A stretch of 64,000 nucleotides of DNA, from contig OZ253580.1 in assembly GCA_965263035.1 (NCBI GenBank), forward strand, positions 2,880,001 through 2,944,000, given 5' to 3'. Shown here in pieces: positions 31,584 to 39,628 of the stretch; the stretch's first letter is position 1; every line of letters starts with the position of its first letter. The position numbers and the translations under genes are program-made. The DNA is from Acidobacteriota bacterium (GTDB lineage Bacteria; Acidobacteriota; UBA6911; RPQK01; JAJDTT01). The notes beneath the pieces are model-generated. The model did not search any database. It saw only the letters and a program-made list of their open reading frames with translations, and was not told the DNA's origin.

Positions 31584-32576
31584 CTATACGGTAGGTCTCG
31601 CCCCACTATCAAGGCCGTTGTCAGCGATCAGTTCCCGGTATTTCAAACGCTTGCCGTGCATCCCCACGGCAACGCATCCCATCTGGTCTTCCGTGTCCGC
31701 TTCGCGGATGTTGTGACGGCCGGTGAACTCATTGACATACCGGTGCAGATGCTTGGGACTGATTTTATGAAATGTACCAACATGCCCACGCTTGAGCATG
31801 GACCAGAAGGACTCGACTCCATTGGTGTGAGCCTTGCCTCGAACGTACTCACCAACCGAGTGCTTCACAGTCTCGTGATTGGGCAGAGCATGGTAGGTCA
31901 GAGCGTCATCGGTGTAAATCTTCGCTCCATCCTCAACATGTTCCATGATGAAGCGGCTCATGGTCTCGCTCTTGGTGTTTTCAACGACTCTGGCGGAAAC
32001 TAGATTTGTAGGACGGTCCTTGATACCGGCGACGGCTGTTTTTCCTGCCGCTCCGCGCCCTGTAAGGGCCTTACGCTTCGACTTGTGCATATTCCGACGC
32101 TTACCACCCATGTAGGTCTCATCAACCTCTACAGGGCCTTGAAACGTGCTGGCACCAATCTCTGCGGCCTTACGCAGCCGCGCCAGCATGAACCAGGCAG
32201 CCTTCTGACCGATGCCCAGCTCCCGGTGCAGCTTCATGGAAGAAACGCCCTTGATGTTGGTAGTGAAAAGGTAGATTCCCACGGCCCAGACTCGATAGGG
32301 AAGTTTGGTGGACTCCATGACCGTTCCCTTGCGGATGGAGAACATGGGTCGCTTCGGGCAGTCCCGGCAACGGTGAGACATGGTCTTGTGCTTGATGCCG
32401 CTTTGGACGTTAAACGATCCGCAGTCGGGGCAGAACGGACCGTCCGACCAGACCTGCTCTTCAAGCCACTTGAGGGCTGATTCGTCATCCCGAAACATAT
32501 CCGCTACTTGGAGCAGCGTGAGACCTTTTCTGTGTGCTTTTCCCGGTGCTTTCGGCTTGCCTTTTGTCTCTCTCAT
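31584..32576 (-). CDS. IS1595 family transposase
   Basis: Zinc ribbon CPDC...CRDC, KGVSSMKLHREL HTH, VEVDETYMGG, IYTDD, HTNGVESFWS. Confidence 0.95.
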   Translation of the reverse strand: MRETKGKPKAPGKAHRKGLTLLQVADMFRDDESALKWLEEQVWSDGPFCPDCGSFNVQSGIKHKTMSHRCRDCPKRPMFSIRKGTVMESTKLPYRVWAVGIYLFTTNIKGVSSMKLHRELGIGQKAAWFMLARLRKAAEIGASTFQGPVEVDETYMGGKRRNMHKSKRKALTGRGAAGKTAVAGIKDRPTNLVSARVVENTKSETMSRFIMEHVEDGAKIYTDDALTYHALPNHETVKHSVGEYVRGKAHTNGVESFWSMLKRGHVGTFHKISPKHLHRYVNEFTGRHNIREADTEDQMGCVAVGMHGKRLKYRELIADNGLDSGARPTV

Positions 32577-32585
32577 TGTGACTAT

Positions 32586-32614
32586 ATGGTAACATTTTGG
32601 AGAGTGGGAGTCAA
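32586..32614 (-). promoter_or_regulatory. Promoter of the IS1595 transposase
   Basis: TTGACT, 17-nt spacer ending TGT, TACCAT, then 9 nt to ATG. Confidence 0.7.
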
Positions 32615-32615
32615 G

Positions 32616-33166
32616 CCCTCAGCGAAGAAAATTGTGTTGATTCTCCCAGCACCGTCACCTAGACTCTCGTGCACCATGCTGAAGACCCCCGCCAGTTCTC
32701 GTTACGACGCCGCACAAGGAGGAAGAGGATTATGCTGGAAGACCAGTTGAAACAACACGGCCGAGACCTGAAAGACGCTCTCAAGAAGTTCCAAGACATG
32801 CAAAAACGGATCGCCAAAGCGGCCGCTCCACCAAAACCACCGACCATTGACATAAGGTCTTCAAACTCAATGGAAGTGATCGTCGAGAGAATCCAGTCGC
32901 TTGAGAAGGGGATTAGAAGGATCGAGAAGACGCAGAGTTTCATAATACGTGCGCTTAGCAGTAGCTACGTATCTACTGCGTTTGCGCTCCTCGGGGAGCC
33001 CCTCGACCCACCTGAAAAATCTCGTGATATTGGCTTCGTATCGCCTCCTTAATTCGGCGAGTTGCACCTGCCTCCACTCGCGATGCTCCTTCGGAGTCCT
33101 GCACTCAGAAACAAAGACAAATCTTCTATCAATCATTGAGGCACACCCTCAGCAAAGAAAATTGTG
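32616..33166 (+). repeat. 21-bp direct repeat pair flanking one passenger gene
   Basis: CCCTCAGCGAAGAAAATTGTG (32616-32636) and CCCTCAGCAAAGAAAATTGTG (33146-33166), 20/21. Confidence 0.9.
32732..33052 (+). CDS. Hypothetical coiled-coil protein
   Basis: 106 aa from MLEDQLKQ; purine-rich RBS upstream. Confidence 0.6.
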   Translation: MLEDQLKQHGRDLKDALKKFQDMQKRIAKAAAPPKPPTIDIRSSNSMEVIVERIQSLEKGIRRIEKTQSFIIRALSSSYVSTAFALLGEPLDPPEKSRDIGFVSPP

Positions 33167-33185
33167 ACTTTGGGATATAATCCCC

Positions 33186-33381
33186 TTTGAAAAGCAGCGT
33201 CGCGGAAATTCGCCTTGGCTTTCTCGTGCCACGCACGAGTCTGCTCGTTCCATAGATGTCGGTTTTCTATCCACTCACCGGATTCCTCCAGTGCCATCTT
33301 GTCCGCGACCATCTTGTCCGCCCATGCGTTCCAAGCACGCTCTCCTCTCTGGAAAAGCTCAAGGCTCTGTTTTTTGTCCAT
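33186..33381 (-). pseudogene. 5' fragment of a pentapeptide-repeat-type protein cut by the IS1595 end
   Basis: MDKKQSLELFQRGERAWNAW...ANFRDAAF runs directly into the IR. Confidence 0.6.
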
Positions 33382-33446
33382 AACAATGCTTCTCCAACGT
33401 GTGTCCGGTCCGGCAGGGTTATTCGTAACAAATCCGCCAAAGACCC

Positions 33447-34424
33447 TCAGAAGGGGATTCGATCGACGATGCTGCGGGTGACGCGGCGGCGGTCGTAGAG
33501 CTGGGTGGTGGACGGGTGGGAGTGCCCGACCAGGTGCTGAACCTCCTCGACGGGAACGTTCTGGGAGAGCAGGGCGGTGACGACCATGACGCGGAAGGAG
33601 TGAGGCGTCAGGTGGGCGGGGAGCCCGGCTGAGGCGAGGCGGCGCTTGAGCATGGCCCGGACGGCGGCGCGGGCGACACCCCGGCCGGTGAGGGACCCCC
33701 CACGGAGGGCACCGCGCCACAGCGGCGCTCCGGACGGGTCTTCGGCGATCCCAGCCGCGTTCATGTACGCTCGAATCCACTCATCCAGGTCATCGCGCAC
33801 GAGGATCTCGCGTTCCTTGCCGTTTTTCTCGCGGAACCGAAAGAGCCGACCGTCCTCGTGGGTGCGCAGGTCGCCGACGCGCAGCCGGCAAAGCGCCCCG
33901 ATCCGACACCCGGTCGTGATCAGGGTGCCAAGCATGGCCCGGTCCCGAAGTCCCATGGGGGAGTCGAGTTCAATGGCGGCAAAGAGCCGGCGCGCTTGCG
34001 ACAGGCTGATCTCCGGGGTCTTGCCGTCGAGAACCTGGTGCTGGATCCCCCGGACCGAGTGAAAAGGATTCGAGACGACGGCGTGGCGGGTGACCAGGGC
34101 GTCGAAAAAATACCTGAGCGCCGCGAGGGCCTGGTTCTTGGTGGCGGCCGAGACGGGCAGGTCGCGAAGGAAGCGTCCGGCCAGGCCGGGCGTGACGTGG
34201 GCGAGCTCCAGGTCCTCACGCTCGCAGAACTCGAGAAACCACCCGACGGCCCGGCCATAGGCGCGGCGGGTCTCCGCATTGGAGATCCGGGCGGAGAAGA
34301 ACTCGTCGGCGGCAAAGCAGGCAGTGACGCCGGCCCGTTGCAGGACCGGCGGGAACTCCTGGACGCGCAGCTCCCCGCGGCCGGGTTCGGCGGCGAGGGC
34401 GGGAAAAGGGCCAGCCACAACCAT
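33447..34424 (-). CDS. Tyrosine recombinase (Xer-like, no arm-binding domain)
   Basis: RDRAM...TGCRIGA, EKNGK, HSFR, LVGHS...TTQLY: R-K-H-R-H-Y catalytic set present. Confidence 0.93.
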   Translation of the reverse strand: MVVAGPFPALAAEPGRGELRVQEFPPVLQRAGVTACFAADEFFSARISNAETRRAYGRAVGWFLEFCEREDLELAHVTPGLAGRFLRDLPVSAATKNQALAALRYFFDALVTRHAVVSNPFHSVRGIQHQVLDGKTPEISLSQARRLFAAIELDSPMGLRDRAMLGTLITTGCRIGALCRLRVGDLRTHEDGRLFRFREKNGKEREILVRDDLDEWIRAYMNAAGIAEDPSGAPLWRGALRGGSLTGRGVARAAVRAMLKRRLASAGLPAHLTPHSFRVMVVTALLSQNVPVEEVQHLVGHSHPSTTQLYDRRRVTRSIVDRIPF

Positions 34425-34427
34425 TTA

Positions 34428-34445
34428 CGGTAACGTACTTTACCG
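34428..34445 (-). promoter_or_regulatory. Putative recombinase core site CGGTAA-AGTACG-TTACCG
   Basis: Perfect 6-6-6 inverted repeat 3 nt upstream of the recombinase ATG; related sites at 23156-23173 and 49667-49684. Confidence 0.6.
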
Positions 34446-34931
34446 ACACCGATTCCCGGCCGGCGCCAAGAGGCCACGCTCCGGGCAACCGCCCGGACTC
34501 TCAGGCGTTTAGCGCCGCATTTTGTGGGATCCGATTCCTCCTCCGCAGCCCAGAGTTCCCGACCCCGGTCCATCCGTTCCGAGTCGCGGGACATCCGCAC
34601 TGAACTTCACGACGCTGCCCCTCTCCGCACTCTGGAGGCCTTCCAATAACTGAAATTAACGGACTTTCTGGGAGATATCGGAGGGTTTCTCTGGTTCTAC
34701 GGTCCAAGAGAAGCTGACCTGCCCCCTCCTGGGGGGCTAGGGTTCAAAAAGATAGGATTTCGAACCGACGCCCAAAAAATGCTGAGGACTGCATTATCTC
34801 CCGAATCGTTCCATTTACCAGGACTAACAGGCCCTGGACCCAACACACACCACAGGATTGGCAATCGATTCTCAATAATTGACCAGCCATTATAGGGGAA
34901 CCCGGCTGACAGTCCAGCTGAAAATGTCTGT

Positions 34932-35018
34932 CCCCGGTTGGCGGAATTGGCAGACGCGCTGGATTTAAAATCTGGTGGGCTTCGGCCCGTGGAGGTTCGG
35001 GTCCTCCGCCGGGGACCA
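34932..35018 (+). tRNA. tRNA-Leu(TAA), atypical
   Basis: CCCCGGT/GCCGGGG acceptor stem, GGCGGAATTGGCAGACGC D arm, TT-TAA-AA loop, variable arm, ACCA end; T-loop TTCGGGT; two G-U pairs in the anticodon stem. Confidence 0.8.
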
Positions 35019-35035
35019 GCGTTCTTCCATCACAC

Positions 35036-35674
35036 CTAAAACCCAAGAGTCTTTAAGAACTCAAGCCCGCGTGACTCCAGATCGAGCCCTGTTTTTTCGA
35101 AAGGACCGGGGCGGTCTATTTCGTAACGTCTCCACAGCGAGAATAAAACAAGACCGACGTGGTGTGCGGTTTCTTTCATTTGCGTGACCAATTCCACAGG
35201 AATCGGTTCAGGTGTTACGCGGCTCGCTTCAACTACTCGGCGCGCTTCATCTACTACAAGCGCAAGGCCATCGAAGGCACCGAGCAAATTCGCAGTGTCT
35301 CGGTGGCCCAGTGAGCCCAATTTTGGTAGCGCGGCTTCAAGAACCACTCTGCCAGTTAGCCTCTGTTCTAGGTTAATAATGCTCCGTCCCAGGCGTTCTA
35401 CGTCTACGTGTGACAAGTTCAGTCGCGGCAGCAACCGGACTAACATACTCAATTTTCCGTAGAGATCCGCACTTACAAGCGCAGCGACTGATTTTTCGTC
35501 GCGCCTGCGTTCGCGGTCCTGAAGCTTGCGAGCGTTCTTCATCGTCAGCCACGCCGAAAGGAACGCAGCTCCCACCGCAATCAAAGCCGACGCCATAATT
35601 GCCAAGACAGTCCAAATCGTTTCGCTGCTTGGCGCTTTGGAAAGTGAAGTAACCAGGGAACACCAATAGCTCAT
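35036..35674 (-). CDS. Hypothetical protein with N-terminal transmembrane helix
   Basis: 212 aa; IWTVLAIMASALIAVGAAFLSAWL. Confidence 0.65.
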   Translation of the reverse strand: MSYWCSLVTSLSKAPSSETIWTVLAIMASALIAVGAAFLSAWLTMKNARKLQDRERRRDEKSVAALVSADLYGKLSMLVRLLPRLNLSHVDVERLGRSIINLEQRLTGRVVLEAALPKLGSLGHRDTANLLGAFDGLALVVDEARRVVEASRVTPEPIPVELVTQMKETAHHVGLVLFSLWRRYEIDRPGPFEKTGLDLESRGLEFLKTLGF

Positions 35675-36121
35675 TGAAAGTCCTTACAGGCGCTTGGCGT
35701 TTGTCCCGGATCAGCCATTTCAAACACTTCGATCAGCAGCAAGGCGACCATCTTATCGATCCAGTATGTCAACCTCGGCGTGGTACTCTGGCGGGGCCTG
35801 GAGGCGTTCTTCCGCTTGGTCTGCCTGGGAGTTTGGGCGGGCGGCGTCCGGCTCACCAGGTCGTCCAAGCACCCCCGGCCAAGGCTCAGTGCCGGGGGTG
35901 TGAGTCCCCCGCCGGTGCCGTCAACCTGACACCACACCATCAAGAATGTGGTGTCACCAAAATATGATAGACTTCCCATCGTGGTCGGACAGGTTTAGTA
36001 TACTGTCCGCGTCAACTCACGGGCCAGACCAGACCCATCGCACTCTAGTCAATTGCTTTCCTGGTCTGGCCTTCCCTACCGTGTCGTACCGACGTAGTAC
36101 CATCCACTCGACTAGAGTGAG

Positions 36122-37471
36122 ATGGGACAAGCACACAGTCGAAGCAGACAATCGAAGGTAGTTGAGGCTGCTCAGTCCGTCCTTGGCAGCCTGGGGATAG
36201 ACCGGACCGACTCAGCCCCCCCTTCGATCCAGCATTACCACCACCAGCACCGGGACCAGTACGGAAGCCGAAGGGAGTGCTACAGCGACCTGGGAGGCCG
36301 TGCCTGGGGTAGAGAAGCCAAGGGCCGTTGGTCGGCCAAGGGTGTCCTCTGGAAGATCATACTGAAGGGACTGTGCCGGTCCGTCCGACGCTACACACAC
36401 CAAGAGATAGGTGAGCGGGTACTGGCCAGGGCCAAGGCTCTGGGGCTCAACGAGGAACAGGTAGCAACGGCGGGACTCAAGGATCTGAGTGCCCGGTCGG
36501 TTCGTTATCGGCTCCGAAAGTACGGCCTGAATAGCCTGAAAACAGGCCCTAAAAATAGCCCGAAAAGTGACACTTTTTCTAAAGAGGGATCTAAGAAACA
36601 GACTTACATTTTATTACATTCTAAGAATCAGGATAGGAGAAGTTCTATAGAATCTACTTCTACCCCTTCTTCTCCTACAACTCTTAAAACAGAGTTAAAG
36701 GTAAATTCTGTTTCGGAAAGGTTTTCGCCGGAGAAGCTGGAACACGGAAACCCTGAGAAATACTGGTGGGGCCGCCTGACGCCGTCGAGCAGGTTCCAGA
36801 GGGATCTGCCGTACTTCCAATTCAAAGAGGGACCCTGGGTTGTCCTGGTCTACGGAGCTTGCCATCCGGGACACACGGTACGAGTTGACTCCAAGGGGGA
36901 GCCCCTAGACATCGAGGTCAGGGCAGTCATCCGCCGATTCTCTCACTACCAGAACGGACGGGATCTGACCCTTTGCACGTTCTGGAGCCACAAGCCGGAA
37001 AACGGACCATTCAAGAAATGGAAAAAGGTGGAGCAGCGGGACACGGTTCCTCGATCCTGGGACCAGACCTACAGCACGATTGGAAGGGACAAGGTGCCGG
37101 AGAAGTCCAAGATGCCGGTGGGGACGATCTGGAAGGATGTCAGCAGTCCCGATATGGATATTTTCAGATGGGAGTCCAGGGAGGCGTTCATGAAGGCTTA
37201 CCACCAATACAGGAAGGATCTGACCACGGCTGCCTGGGAGGGTTATGTACTAGGAGAAGTACAGGTCGGAGGACTGTTCTACGGGTGGAGCCGGGAGTGT
37301 TCCATCGACCAGAGCGTGATGGAGGTTACAGAGGTCATTCGACGGTGCCGTGATCGGCAAGGGCGGAAGATGTTGCGGGTAAAGGCTCGGATGTCCTCTA
37401 CGAAGATACACTCCGGAGACCACGTGCTATTCAGCGCCAGCTACTGCAAACCGACGGGGAGGCCGTCATGA
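36122..37471 (+). CDS. Hypothetical protein, putative replication initiator or DNA-binding protein
   Basis: 449 aa; HTH-like YTHQEIG...LSARSVRYRLRKYG; Ser/Lys-rich linker encoded by AT-rich repeated DNA. Confidence 0.5.
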   Translation: MGQAHSRSRQSKVVEAAQSVLGSLGIDRTDSAPPSIQHYHHQHRDQYGSRRECYSDLGGRAWGREAKGRWSAKGVLWKIILKGLCRSVRRYTHQEIGERVLARAKALGLNEEQVATAGLKDLSARSVRYRLRKYGLNSLKTGPKNSPKSDTFSKEGSKKQTYILLHSKNQDRRSSIESTSTPSSPTTLKTELKVNSVSERFSPEKLEHGNPEKYWWGRLTPSSRFQRDLPYFQFKEGPWVVLVYGACHPGHTVRVDSKGEPLDIEVRAVIRRFSHYQNGRDLTLCTFWSHKPENGPFKKWKKVEQRDTVPRSWDQTYSTIGRDKVPEKSKMPVGTIWKDVSSPDMDIFRWESREAFMKAYHQYRKDLTTAAWEGYVLGEVQVGGLFYGWSRECSIDQSVMEVTEVIRRCRDRQGRKMLRVKARMSSTKIHSGDHVLFSASYCKPTGRPS

Positions 37472-37677
37472 GCCAACAAACATTGCAATTCGGTCCTGAC
37501 GTTTCGATCCCGTCACCGGCTCCCATTACGCTTCGATACATGGAGCAAGCGGGACCCTACAGGGATTCCAAGCCGCCTGCAAACGAACCGATGGAGGAGG
37601 TCGGAATCCACTCACGGGAGAGCAACGGGACCAGGAAGCTGCGCTCGCTGATCCCGCGTCCTTCCCCGCTGGAGTGA
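37468..37677 (+). CDS. Small hypothetical protein
   Basis: ATGA and GTGA overlaps with both neighbours. Confidence 0.5.
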   Translation: MSQQTLQFGPDVSIPSPAPITLRYMEQAGPYRDSKPPANEPMEEVGIHSRESNGTRKLRSLIPRPSPLE

Positions 37678-37877
37678 CTGCGCAGGCCAGACCCCGACCG
37701 GGATACGCGATGGCCTACGCGCTGCCGATGTTGGTCCCTGGACACGTCTTGCACATCGGCTGCAAGACGCACTCAACGACTTCACAGGAAGACCTGTATG
37801 TCCCAGTGGGGACGGCGGTCCGGTGCTGCATCTGCGGCGAGCCGGTGAGCTTGAAAGGGGAGACCAGGTGGAGCTGA
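37674..37877 (+). CDS. Small putative zinc-binding protein
   Basis: CKTH and CCIC pairs; overlapped operon structure. Confidence 0.5.
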   Translation: MTAQARPRPGYAMAYALPMLVPGHVLHIGCKTHSTTSQEDLYVPVGTAVRCCICGEPVSLKGETRWS

Positions 37878-38086
37878 TCTCCTTCAGGCGCAATGGCTAC
37901 CTAATCCGTTGGCCGTCCCAGTTCGGAGACTTCACCGCGGTCTGCGCCCGATGCTGGGCACGATCTCCAAACTTGAGATCCCTGCTGGAGGCGGGGCCGG
38001 GAGAGTGGGCCTCCCCTCTCAGCATCACCTGCACCCGTTGCCGGAAAGTTCTACGATTGATGCTCGGCCGACGAAAGGAGAACTAG
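37868..38086 (+). CDS. Small putative zinc-finger protein
   Basis: CARC and CTRC pairs. Confidence 0.5.
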   Translation: MELISFRRNGYLIRWPSQFGDFTAVCARCWARSPNLRSLLEAGPGEWASPLSITCTRCRKVLRLMLGRRKEN

Positions 38087-38091
38087 ACCTG

Positions 38092-38427
38092 ATGACTAGA
38101 AAACACACTCTCACCGCGACCCCGGAACGGTTGCCGAACGTGACCGCGTCCAAAAAATACACCGTACAGCACCGCGACAAGTTCGGATTCGCCAACGTCA
38201 GCGTCGTCCCGACTACCGGCGATCTCTCGACCGACGATCCGGCGTCCGTGCTTCCTGGCGGACGCAATATCGTCTTGCACGTCGGAAGCTCCGAGACACT
38301 GGCGGCATCGGGACCCCAGAGGATAAGGGAATATCTACAGTTAACTGTGGGGGGCCAAGGGGGGTATGGTTTCCCCCTGTACCGGCCTCCCCGTGCATTT
38401 TCTTCTATCAATCGTCCTGGAGTTTGA
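38092..38427 (+). CDS. Hypothetical protein
   Basis: AAGGAG RBS before MTRKHTLTATPE. Confidence 0.45.
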   Translation: MTRKHTLTATPERLPNVTASKKYTVQHRDKFGFANVSVVPTTGDLSTDDPASVLPGGRNIVLHVGSSETLAASGPQRIREYLQLTVGGQGGYGFPLYRPPRAFSSINRPGV

Positions 38428-38874
38428 GAAAGTTATAAGTAGAGGGGGCATCCACTGGAACACAGCATGGCAGTCGAAGCGAATCAGGCATGACAGGGGC
38501 GCCCTGAACCAGCAGGGACAAAGACCATTCCCGTCCCGTTCGGAATGCCCCTACCCGTCCCACTGTTCCAGCACCCGTTTCCACCTCCAACCCCTCCCGG
38601 GTCCAATTCTCTTTTTCCCGTGGGACTTTTCTCCCCTGTACTGGCCTCCCCGGGCTCCCGTTTGGCCATGTGTCTGTCGGTTTGCACGATCTGGTGGCCT
38701 ACGCATAAGGCTCCGAACTGGGGCTTCTGGGCCCGCTCTGGAAGCTCACTTTCGATGGAAATGGTGGGATCGGGTTGTCGCCTATAACCCGGGCTTACCG
38801 CGTAGCGGTAAGCGGCTCTGCGTATTCAACCCGGTGTTTTCGACATGGGTTGTTCGCTTGGAGAGGTCGACTAA

Positions 38875-39628
38875 CAGCCCGTGGCAAAAACCCCAATTTC
38901 TCTGACTAATGTTCTTTCTGTGAGTTGATGTTGAGATGGTTTATTGATGGATCCGAGGAGCCCAAAACAGCGAATCGGGCCGGATCGACGCCCAGAAACG
39001 CTCCCAGACCCGATCCCAGCCGATCCAGCGACCGGTTCGCGCCCCCAAAAGCGTAAAAAGACGTGCCCGACCGCGGCCCGGGAGACTGCGGGGCGTACCC
39101 ACCCCCGTCAGATGGCGCAGCAGCAATCTCAGATTGAAGCCGCAGACATGGATCAGCAGTCGCTTGCGCACGTTGGCGTGGCCCCGGACGAAGATCCGAC
39201 GTAACCCTCCCGTGCCGAACTGGTGCGCGACAAGGTGGAGTGATTCGGGGGCGTCTCCTCCGGATCCAAGTCCAGAAAAGCCCGCACACTCATCGAATCC
39301 GCCACTCGCCATGCGATGGCCCGTTCCGAGTTTAGCCCTTCGAAGTACCCCAACAACAGCATCCGGAAGTACCGTCCGGGGCGCAGACTCGGGCGCCCGG
39401 TCCCGTCGGCACAAAACCGCGCGCACAGTCCCTCCACGAAAGCGTCGAACCCCGCTTTCTCCAGCACCCGATTCAGCCGCTCGTAGAAGGGATGCCCCGG
39501 ACTCCGAGGCAGTTTCTCCGCCGCCACCCACATCTTCCGTTGCCGTCCCGCAGACGGTTTCTTTCCCATGGCCATAGTGTCATTTTATTTCAGAGATCTG
39601 GCTCTTCCCGGACTTTTGCCACGGGCTG
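38875..39628 (-). mobile_element. Internally deleted IS1182-like element
   Basis: 15-bp IRs CAGCCCGTGGCAAAA; CTAA duplicated at 38871-38874 and 39629-39632; transposase N-terminus (GRPSLRP..YFRMLLLGYFEG..PNHSTLSRT) abuts a C-terminal fragment. Confidence 0.85.

Larger units (their letters stand above)
27203..33185. mobile_element. IS1595-family element carrying passenger genes (~6 kb)
   Basis: 26-bp IRs GGGAATTATATCCCAAAGTCACAATT (27203-27228) and AATTGTGACTTTGGGATATAATCCCC (33160-33185), 25/26 match; internal IS1595 transposase; no clear target duplication. Confidence 0.88.

Noticed and set aside
27195-33193. Target-site duplication of the IS1595 element
   Set aside because: The 8-bp flanks ATAAAAAA and TTTGAAAA do not match.
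34932-35018. tRNA-Leu as attachment site of a second island
   Set aside because: I found no duplicate of its 3' end in the window by eye.
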